A DNA stretch of 48,936 nucleotides from Octopus bimaculoides (taxonomy: Eukaryota): positions 9,849,606 through 9,898,541 of the forward strand of contig NC_069009.1 of the NCBI RefSeq assembly GCF_001194135.2. Reading direction: 5' to 3'. Under the pieces are notes generated by a model. It searched no databases and was not told the DNA's origin. It saw nothing but the letters and a program-made list of their open reading frames with translations. Below are positions 13,101 to 24,800 of this stretch, piece by piece (position 1 is the first letter of the stretch; the number at the start of each line of letters is the position of its first letter). The translations under genes were made by a program, and so were the position numbers.

Positions 13101-16100
13101 AAACAAACTGGCTAGTCTGTTCCAGAGGATGTTTTAGTCAGGGACCACTATGGATAATTTCCAGATGTCCCTGGCTTTGCGGTGCTACTAGTTTGAGATG
13201 AACTCTATAGGCACGGATGTGCTGTCAGATGGGCTTGTCCAAGGTGCACGCAGAATAATGAAACCATTCTGCATGCACTCATTCAGTGTCTGGGCATTGT
13301 AGGACAGATCCATCTAGTTACTGTCCGCTCTCACAAAATAAACTGGAGCAAGTAAGATTGAGAACTCTGAGAAGTAAAATGTGGGATGGATCCATCTGTC
13401 GGTCAAGTCCATAGTGATGGTTACCCTATTGCTCTCCTTCAGTCAGGCAGGCAAGGCAGTTTTCCTTTGCTGTGGCAAAAGAGGTTGTCTGGTGAACAAA
13501 GCTGAAAGGAATGAGGACAGAGACTTTCCTCTTTGGTAGAGCCTTCATTGACATTTTCAAGTTTTACTTGCAAAGGAAAGTGAGAGTGGGGAGCGGGAGT
13601 GCTCTCCTCCAGTGAATTTATTGAAAGGTGGGTAAAAGTTGCCAATATGGCAAGAGTGGATGGTACTGCTCTAAGTGTAGACCTGTGAGTCGGAGGAAAG
13701 GAGTTGGAGAGGGCAGTTGTCATTGGTTTTCAGGGTGATCTTGGATGGTGGGGTTCTCTGATTATCCCTTGAGGTCCTTCTGTATCAGGAAAACACCCAT
13801 CACTATCACCATTTATTTTCTCTCTGTTACTGTCGTATACTATGTATACTTCCCTTCTTTTAATGTATACTGTGTATACTTTTTTGTTTTAATCATTCCA
13901 TTGGCGTTAGGAAGGGCATCCAGCTGTAGAAACTCTGCCAAATCAGACTGGAGCCTGGTGTTGCCATCCGGTTTCACCAGTCCTCAGTCAAATCGTCCAA
14001 CCCATGCTAGCATGGAAAGCGGACGTTAAACGATGATGATGATGATGATGATTATATGTAAACACCCACTTTGTATGTCGGTTTTTATATTGTCCCCCTC
14101 ATCATTCACCCTGGTGGCAAATAAAAGAAATTATTAATATTATTATTATTATTATGATTAAAGCGGCAAGCTAGTAGAATCGTTAGCACACCAGGTGAAA
14201 TGTCGAGCGGTATTTTGTCTGCACTATGTTCTGAGTTCAAATTTTGCCGAGGTTGACTTTGCCTTTTATCCTTTCAGGGTCTGTAAGATAAGTACCAGTT
14301 GAGCACTGGGGTTGATCTCCCCCCAAATTTCAGGCCTCGTGCCTATTGTAGAAAGGATTATTATTATTAACTCAGGTTTTGTTAGAACTCCTGGAGTATT
14401 GCATGCATAACGGGTTTGCTTCCTGCACCTGATGGCACCATGCTATATGTTTTTTCGGTTCTATTTCAAAACGGGGGCACCAGTTTTCATTTATGTCTTA
14501 TGTAGTGTTTTTGGTACCGAAAGACTTTCAAACTTCGTATACTTATCTATTTTGTGTTATAGAACAGAAAAAAATTTTTGTATTCAAATTTATTTCATGT
14601 AAAAAATTGTCTTATTTCGATAATTTCTACTAATCACTGACGTCTATTCAGTTGAAAACAGTTAGCGCTGTAACGGTGTATATCGTATTAATCTCCTAAC
14701 CCTAACCCTAACCAGACTGTTAACCCTAACCCTAACCCTAACTCTAGAATCCGAACTCTAAAATTGTTACACACATAGATACGTACAGCGTAATTTATTA
14801 TATAAACAATATATGCGTATAAATTACGATTAAACTGGATGAAATATGTCACATATAATAACATTTTTATGACCGCCCAGCAGTAACTCTATTCAGCTGA
14901 ATAGACGTCAGTGATTGGTTGAAATTACAGAAATATGACAACTTTAACATGGAATAACTTGCGATGTACGTTTTTTTGTTAAGAAGACTAAGAGTAAAAG
15001 ATGTTTTATATGACACATTCTACCAGTGTCCCAAGTTTCAAAGTGTTTCGTTAGTGTTTCGTTAAGAAAATACTGGTGCCCCTGTTTTGAAATAGATCCG
15101 TTTTTTCAACTAATACTTTCCTGATTATTCTGGCCATGTCAAAGAGGCAGACCTTTTGTAACACCTCTACAGGGCACTCTATTCTGATTTCCTTTGTATT
15201 CCCCTCGATGCCTTCTGATACTGTCCCCAACAATAACAGGCACTATCTTCACCTCCTTCATTTCCCACTGCTGAGCTATTTTGTACAAAAGAGGATTGTA
15301 TATCGTTTCGCCTTCCTTCTTGACTATTTGTGGGTCAAAGGGGCATGCAACATCAATTACATAGCATTTATTATTAATATTGACTCTGCTGCGATAGTGT
15401 GATGTTGTAGATTGAAGATACTGTGTGTACCGGGGATTTTGTACTGTCTGTCAAGTCAAGGCGGTGAGCTGGCAGAATTGTTAGCATGTTGGGCAAGATG
15501 CTTAGCAGCATTTCATCTGTCTTTACATTCCTGAGTTCAAGTTCTGCTGAGGTTTACTTTGCCTTTCATCCTTTTGGGGTTGATAAAATAAGTACGAGTT
15601 GAGTACTGGGAGAGGGGGTGGGTGATATAATCGACTTGCATCTGCCCCCAGAATTGCTGGCCTTATGCCAAAATTCAAAACCATCATTATTATTATTAAA
15701 TTCTCAGCTCTTGATCTTACTTGCTCCAGTTAATTCTGTGAGAGTGGACAGCAACTACTTGTCAAAGGTCTCACAGGGTTTCTCAAGGTCTCTTTCTACA
15801 AATTAGATGTTAAATATCATGGAAGAGACTGAACATCCAAGTACCAATCACAAAATCCTTACTGTCTCAAATAGAGCAGGTTTTTTAAATTTTTTTGAGA
15901 AATTGTTGTTATAATTCTGCTTGACTGGCTCCCGTGTTGGTGGCACGTAAAAAGCACCATCCGAATGTGGTCGGTACCAGGTCCGCCTGACTGGCTCCCG
16001 TGCTGATAGCAGGTAAAAACCACCAATCGATTGTGGCTGATACCAGTACACTCTGACTGTCTCCTGTGCCAGTGGCGCGTAAAAAGCACCCACTACACTC

Positions 16101-19100
16101 TTGGAGTGGTTGGTGTTAGGAAGGGCATCCAGCTGTAGAAACTCTGCCAGATCAGATTGGAGCCTGGTGCAGCCACTGGCTCTCCAGACCTCAGTCAAAC
16201 CATCCAACCCATGCCAACATGGAAAATAGACATTAAACGATGATGATGATTGACGTAACTCTTCACAATGGTAAGTAGTCAAGATGAAGAACGCGATTCG
16301 ATTGTAATAGATATTTTATTAGTTGAATGATATTTCAACAGTAAGTCTGTTTTTGTCAAGTTCAAAATAAGAAGTGATAAAAATTCAAAATTACAGAAAT
16401 TTAAATTTAAAGTATGAACGAGAGCAACCAGCGTCCATACGTTGATGGAATGACATCATCAGTCTTTAAGCTTGAATTTTATAACAGGCGAAAAGAAAAA
16501 GAAAAAGACAGAAAAAAGAAAGAAAAGGAAGAAGAATATTTAATCAAACAGTTTTGTATAAATTTGATGATATTCTCCTGTCATTTTATTCATTCCTCCA
16601 GGGCGTGATGTTAACCTGCAAACATATTTCTCCTCATGCATTTTGAGAAATGAAAGTGAAGCAGATTCAGAATATTTTCTGAGAATATTCTCTTTCAAGT
16701 CTTTTTCAAAATTGCAGCCATTTGATGTAAAATGTTTGGCAAGTTCTGTCGAACTACTGTTATTGTGCCTGACATCATATCTGTACCTGTTAAATCTTTT
16801 GTGTAATTGTTCTGTTGTACAACCAACGTAAATCAAGTTGTCTTTCATTGATTCTGCTGTGTACACCAAATGGGAATCTCTACATGTCCCACCTTCTGAA
16901 TAAATCATAACATCTCTGTTATGATTCCTGATGGAATTCACTTGACTCATGCTGTTACACAATGAACAGGGCTTACCTCTCTTGTGGCTGTTTTTCAAGG
17001 TACAGCGTGCACCTACTCCAATGTTCGTTTTCTTGGAGTCAGAAATAGAGCACCAAAAGAAGCCAATGCAAAGGCAGAATAATATTTTCTTATGTTGTTC
17101 CTAAAATTAGATCCTTCGTGATTATTTATATCAAATAATTGCCTAAGATTACCAGGATTTTCTTGTAAAGCAGGAATTAATACTTTTCCATTGTGACAAC
17201 AATTCAGGATCTCTCTTGAGAATCTTAGAGCTCCACAGTATCGACAAATAACATTGATATCAGCAATATGGAATCCTAAAGGTAGATCTTCATTTACAGC
17301 ATTTCTTTGTTGTTGAACTCTGTTTCTCGTATTCTGTAAATAAGCCTCTCTCTCTCCTCAGGATTCATGGTATTTCTTCTCTCTTGATCTCTGTTTCTTC
17401 TATTCTGAAGATAAAGTTCTCTCTCCTCTTAGTTCATTTCTTACGTTTATTCTCAAATACGGTCACTGATTGCTTGCTTCTCTTCCGCTGGTAACCGTTG
17501 CCGTTATCTTCTCTGTCGCTCTCTTGCTGCCACTCTTTGTCGACTTATTCTTTCTTCCATTTTTAAGAATGGTTGAATCTGTAAGTGATATAAAAAGCAG
17601 CTCCCTTAGCATGACAAACACCGACGGTAGAAGTGTATTAATATAAAGAATGCTAAAGCAAATTATATGTAATCAGTTGTAACTCTAGCAAAATGAATTT
17701 CTTCAGGAATATAATGCAACGTTAGCTACACATGCTTCCATGACAAATCTTTACTTGTGGAAGTCTATGGTTGCATCCCATCATTTTTACTTTTCATAGG
17801 CTTGAAGCAAATTGTATCCAGATAAAAAAAAATGTTAAGTAAGTTTTTGTTTATTATTCAATATTCTCAATAATTATGATAAATTATTTCAGATGTATCA
17901 TTTATATATCCAGTGAAAAACAAACAAAATCAACCTCAAAACTCACACCTCCCAGGGATGTGGAAGTGAGCAATGTGCAGTCTATGAACTGTCAAATTGA
18001 AAACAAAATTATATTGTATGAAAATGTATGATTATTTGTAGTATAACACAAAAATAATAAAAATTATTCGATAGTTAAATATGGTCACTTTTAATATATG
18101 CCACTGGCATCATTGAGGTAAGCAAAAAATTATCAACGACACCATTAGGAATTTCATAGCTTTTGTCCCATTAAATTAGATATTTTTTTATTGTTTTTGT
18201 ATATGAAGTTCTAAAAGAAAAAAAAGTTATGAGTGTTTGTTTCTCAAATTTGAGGGTGATAATATAGTTCTATACTTTTTTATGGATTAAGTTCCATGAG
18301 GGGACTTTTCATATATGTCAGCGGTGTATGTCACCGGTGTCATTGGGGTAAGGAAAAAAATTATCAACGACAATTATAAAAGGCGGTGCTCCAGCATGGC
18401 CACAGTCAAATGACTGAAACAAGTAAAAGAGTAAAAGAGACACTGCAGATAATTTCATAGTTTTCGTCTCATTAAATTAAATATTTTTTATTGTTTTTGT
18501 ATCTCAATTAAAAAATAAAATCCACAGACTCATAAATCTTTCATATTCATAATTTCATTGACAATTAATCTACATTTGTATTTTAATCAGTTGCCTGTTA
18601 ATTGCTCTATTTTTCATTTTTCATTTGTCTCTCTTTTTACTAGGCTTGTTACTATATAGGTCATTGTATGATTTCTTCTGCAATTTATTAAAAGTTTTTT
18701 TTATCTTGAAAATATTCTTTATATTAGAATTAGTTTCTTAATTAATTTTAATTAAAAGATGAATTATTATATTATATTTTTTGCGCTTTGTTTTTTGTAA
18801 TTTGTTTTAATATAATAATTATATATTAACACAAAACAAGCATTCAATTTTTTATAATAGATATTGCTTGCATGGTTTAATTTTAATGTTACTCATTATT
18901 GGTGGGGTAGAATTGAATCCTTGGGTCTGGGATTAATAAAAAGGACAATAATAATAATAGGGGGCAGGGTAATCAATTGGATGAAGAAGAAATGAAGAAA
19001 ACATGAAGCTCAAGCTAAATAAAGAAGAAAAAAATGGACATATTATTAATTAGCATAACAGCATAGCCTGGAAAAAACATGGATTACATGGGAAAATGCG

Positions 19101-21830
19101 AGCAAGAGAAATAATATTCTTAAGCTTATAAACCTAGAAAAGTCCAGGACAAGTTATTACACTTGGACAAATTCAGGACAAGTTATTAAATCTGGTAAAG
19201 TACAGAAAAAGAATATTTTTTACTTAAAATATTGCAGCTAAGGATAAAATTTGAATATTAAAAATTATTTGATTTTAATTTGCAAAGTAATATTATAATT
19301 AAAAAAGGTACCATCATTTTGGTAAAATATTGACACACTAGAATACTTAAAAAATGAGAGCCAGAAGTACCAATATAGCTAAAGCTTTATGCAAAGTAGA
19401 ATAGTACATATGGTAGGTAAATTCATTATGTAAAAAATAGGCATTGGGTCAAGACTAAAAATGTGAAGACTTGGCAATAACTCAAGCAAATTTTACTGTG
19501 AATTTGTTGGTATAGGTAGATTTTACTGTAATATATAACTAATTTTTGTATTATTCTATTTATTGTGCTAACTAATTCTGTACTATTATTTTTTATAACC
19601 TATTTTCAACTTTCTAATTATTAATAATTTAAAAAGAGATATTTTTTTAAAGTGCAGAAAATATTTTCATTGAGTTACTTTTTAATTTTAATAGAAGTAA
19701 CAAGTAATAACAAATAAAAGAAATAACTTGTTTTAACAAAAGCTAATATTTTCAAAATCTAAGTATTTTGTTTGAAATGTTATCCTTAGCTGCAATGTTT
19801 TAAGTGAACATTTTCTTCTTCTGTACTTTACCAGATGTAATAACTTGTCCTGTACTTTTCCAGGCTTGTAAGCTTGCATTTTTCCATGTAATTATATATA
19901 GATAATATAGCGCCCTTTTCTTCTTTTCACAAAGCCAAGGGAAATAACTTGAATTTAATCCTGACTTATCTCCTTCAGCGTGACAAAGACCGACGGTACA
20001 AGCATATTAATATATAGATTATTATTATTATTTGATGAAAACTTTCAGCTTATTTTGCTGGCTTTGAAGGAAAGTATCAGATGCCCACAGCCTGCAGACT
20101 AAGGTGACACCTGTTTACTTCAAGAACCCTGCAGAGAACTCTTGCAGCTCTAAATAATGATGATTTTTGTAGGTGTTCTATCTTTATATTCGTTCCAGTT
20201 TTTTTGAGCCTTGTTTGAAGTTGAATGCTGATACTTTCAAGCACACTAATTACTTTTGGTATCATATTCATTTTCTTCATTGCACACAACCTGCCTATTT
20301 CCCACTTCAGTTCATCATAGTTGTTAATTTTTCTTCGATCCTGTTGTCACCAGGACATCATCATCATTATTATTATGCAGTAGTCTTATTTTTATTACGT
20401 GCTTTCACTGCTCTACCGAGCGCAACTCTGTGTGCCTTGAGTATGTGCTGTGGTTTGCTGTGATGCTCTTATTTTTACTGTATTGAAAGTGTTTTACATG
20501 GGATATGTGAGATGCCTAGTATGCTATTGTCTGTATGTTATATATACTTGTTAGTCCTGGTGTTTTTGTTATGAATACTATGATTCCTACTATGATAGGA
20601 ATTGATTCTGTTTTTAGACTCCACTTTCGAGCTACCTCTATCTCCAGATTCTTTTTATTTTGAAAGTTTCTCCGTTTCTTTTTGAGAAACATTGTCATTT
20701 GTTGGTATTGATATATCAATTACAAAGCATTTTTTTTCTTGGTGATCTGCGACAACTATATCCGGCCTATTGGCCTTAATTTCTCTATCTGTGTGTATTG
20801 GCATATCCCAGAGTATGGTTGCTTTCTCATTTTCTGTGACCTTTTCTGGCATGTGCCTATACCATTTTTTTGTCTGTTGTTATTCCATAGTGTTGGCATA
20901 GTTTCCAGTGTATATAGGTACCAGCTCTGTCGTGAATATATTCCTTCTTAGCCAGGACTGGGCATCCAGAGACAATATGATTTATTGTTTCTTCTCCATC
21001 TCCCCATATTCAGCAGTTACTTGTATTTCTTTTCATCCCATGTTTTTTGGTAATTTCTGGTGGCGAGGCTTTGATCTTGTGCTGTAATTAAAAATCCTTC
21101 AGTCTCTGCTTAGAGTCCTGAGCTTCTCAGCCATTGTTGGGATTTTGCTTTGTCTATTTCTTTTCTGCTTAGTGTTTACCACAAAGCAGCTTTTCTTGCC
21201 ATCGTTTAATCACAATCTTTTGCTGTTCCAGTTTTAGTTTGGATTTCAGTTGTTTTACAACTTTTATTGTTTCATCATCATCATCATCATTTATTTATTT
21301 ATTTATTTATTCCAGATGGTACAGTGTGGGGTCTGACATTCAACAGTGAGATTGACTCCAACAATTGCAAGATGGAACTGGCCGACTCTTCTACTTCAAT
21401 GGTTCTGACTGTGAGAAAGAAGGTTCACAGCCATTGGACCTCCCTGGAGGTTGGTCACTACTCTTCTCCATTTCATCATGTTTCTCATCAATGCTTGACC
21501 TCTCTTGCTATTACTGACCCTTCTCTGTTGTTGAACCTCCCCCCCCCCTGTCTGTCTTACTGTTGCTTACCTCTTCCTTCACCTCTGCAGTCATCGTCAT
21601 TGTCATTTTAATGTCCACTTTTCAATGCTTTTCTTTGATTGGATGGAAATTGTTAAGACAGATTTTTTTTCCTGTGACCAGATGCCCTTCTTGATATCAC
21701 CCCCCACCTGTTTCCATGTAAGCTAATATTTTCCATGACCAGATGTGTTTGCACTGAGGATTGGAAATAATCAGCTTCCATGACAGTGACACTTGTTTAC
21801 GCCCATCATGCAAAGTCCAGGCAAGGAGAC

Positions 21831-21884
<54 letters not shown>

Positions 21885-24800
21885 GTGCAGGTGTGGTTGC
21901 ATGGTATGAACTTTGCTTATCAGACACAAGGTTTCAGGTTCAGTCCTACTGTGTGGCACCTTGGGCAAGTGTTTTCTAACATAGTGCCAGGCTAATCAAA
22001 GACTTGTGAGTTGATTTGGTCTAACCAAAGACGTCCATTGTGTATATATACATGAGGTTCCGCTAGCTATGATATATATATCATCATCATCATCATTCGA
22101 AGTCCACCTTCCATGCTGGCATGAGTTGGATGGTTCGACCGGAGCTGATCAGGGAAGAGCCTGCACCAGGCTTCTGTCTGTTTTGGCAGTGTTTTTTACA
22201 TGGCACAAGCACGGGCAAGGTCAGTTTTAACAAGGTTTTTACAGCTGGATGCCCTTCCAAATGCCAACCACTTTACAGTGTGGACTGGAACTTTTTACAT
22301 GACATCAGCATTGGCAGGGTCACCGAGTAACTTGCAAGACAAAGATCTAATGAGAGGGGAGGGGGTATTGGAGGAGGAGATCTTGTGTCAGATGATGAAG
22401 TGTTTCGCTGTGGAGAAGGTACATGGTTACCTGGTCACGGGAATGGAGTAGATAAGATCCAGGCTACTTATGTTTCGTTGCGAGCAGAACCTCGGAAGTA
22501 GTAATTACCCAAACGAGGGGTAATTTGCTAGTTACTTGTTGGGCCGCATTTTTGATCAAATCTCCTGTGAGTTAAAATGAGATCTCTTGACAATAATGTA
22601 AACTTCATTTGATTAAGGTATCTTTGACCTGACAAGTAGCTAGCTGATTACCCCTCATTTGGGTAATTACTACTTCCAAGGGTCTGCTAGCAATGAAACA
22701 TAAGTAGCCTGGATTTTATCTACTCCATTCCCTAATTTGGGATTTTTATTCACATACACAGCAACTCCAGCTGCTAACTGTAAACTACAAATAACTTTTT
22801 CCAGCTTATTGAACTTTGATATTGGAAAAACTTACCAACTTCTATGTCAATAAACCACTATTGTTCCTGAAAGTTGTTTCTTGTACCTTGCGGGGACTGT
22901 TGGAAGCTTACTAACTTTGATCCTCTCTCTCTTACACACACACAGCTGATGCCAGTGTCGCATAACTGGCACCTGTGCTGGTGGCACATAAAAAGTACCC
23001 TTTGAACTTTGGACCTCATGGAGGTAATGACAAGTGGCCGAGACCTTTGGCAATATACTGTGCTTGAGAAGACCTGTTAAGCCAAGTGAGATTGTAGTTG
23101 TGACCAATGCCAGTGTTTCGAAACTGGCACGTAAAAAGCACCCACTACACTCTTGGAGTGATTGGTGTTAGGAAGGGCATCCAACTGTGGAAACCAGGCC
23201 AAATCAGACTGGAGCCTGGTGCAGCTCTCCAGCTCACCAGTTTTGAGTCAAACTGTCCAACACATGCCAGCATGAGAAATGGACATTAAATGATGATGAT
23301 GTGTGTGTGTGTGTGTGTTTATCCTCCACTACACAGCCATACCTCCACCTATCTGTTTCCAAATTCCATTCGAAAAGTTTGATCAACTTGTGGCTGTGGT
23401 ACAAGACACTGGCCAAAGGTGCTGTACTGTGGAATTGAACCTGGGACCACATGGTTACAAAGCAGACTTCTTCACTCTATGGTCTTCTCCCATTTCTGTT
23501 TATTGCTGTCCTTCCTCCCACTTTAATGAATCATCTCAACCCTTTTCTCTGTCCCCTTGCAGGCTGACATTGGTGATGACCACAATCAGGCAGCTGGCTC
23601 AATGGACAATGTCATGACCGATAATGTTCTAGAACAGTTGGTCAGTAACGAGAATGACAACAGCTGGAATGACTCGGGTAAGTTGTGTGTATGGCTCTCC
23701 TGCACATGTACACACATTGATGTATACACACATACACATATACACACATGCATGCATGCATAGATATATGCTTGCATACACACGTGTACACACACACCAC
23801 TTGCAGACACTCAGACAAAGAAATATACACATGCACGCGCACACACACACACACACACACACACATACAAGTATGTACATATGTGCCCCATATGTATATA
23901 CACACACACGCAAACATAGATGTGAATATACATAAACACATGCATATAGATGTATACACACATGCACATAGACATCTACACACACAGACATATGTTTATA
24001 TACACAAACACACACATACAGACGTTTATACACATGTACACAGGCATCTTTACACACACACACACACACACAGATAAATATATACATAGATGTATACACA
24101 TGTGTACACATATATCGACACACATACAAATGTGTATATATATAAAAACACACATATAGATGTATACATACACATACACAGATATGTACATACACATACA
24201 CACATAGGCATGAACACTTACACAGATGTGTGCACACACACATAGAGGTATACACGCACCCCCACACATGTACACCTAGATGCATACATAGATGCATACG
24301 CATTCTTATCCCATCATTTGCATTTAGCAAACTCCTCTCTGTTGAACACATCTATATTATAATCGTCACTAATTAGTGTGCCTATAATTAATTAATTTCA
24401 GCCTGACAAAGCTTTAGATACTTCAACAAATTTATTAATTGTTGTTTAAATATAATAACAGCATGTTTTATAGGATATCAGTGACACATTATAGGATATC
24501 AGTGACACATTCAATAGGATATCAGTGACACATTCAATATCTCTAAACTGAACTAGTGATAGTTGTAAGTGTGGTTGTGTGGTAAGAAGTTTGCTTCCAA
24601 ACCACAGGGTTCTAGGTTCCATCTCACTGTGTCTTCTACTACAGCCTTGGGCCAACCAAAGCCTTGTGAGAGAATTTGGTAAACAGAAACTGAAAGAAGC
24701 CTGTTATATATATATATATATATATATANNNNNNNNNNATATACACACACACACACACACACACACTTTTATCTATTTTTCTTTTACTGGTTTTGGTTAT

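Noticed and set aside
14160-14260. tRNA genes at SINE heads
   Set aside because: Only A/B-box-like motifs with no full cloverleaf; they continue into SINE bodies.
14695-14745. True telomere or chromosome-fusion site
   Set aside because: Only a few CCCTAA units, enclosed within a TIR element.
16430-16470. Hammerhead in the Penelope 3' region (- strand CTGATGA at 16462-16456 followed by a TCCAT/ATGGA hairpin)
   Set aside because: The required GAAA is absent (GCTG instead); at best a decayed relic.
24470-24538. CRISPR-like repeats, also the 19-bp x3 at ~31735-31790 and the 40-bp units at 29280
   Set aside because: No unique spacers of constant length, eukaryotic intronic context and no cas genes.
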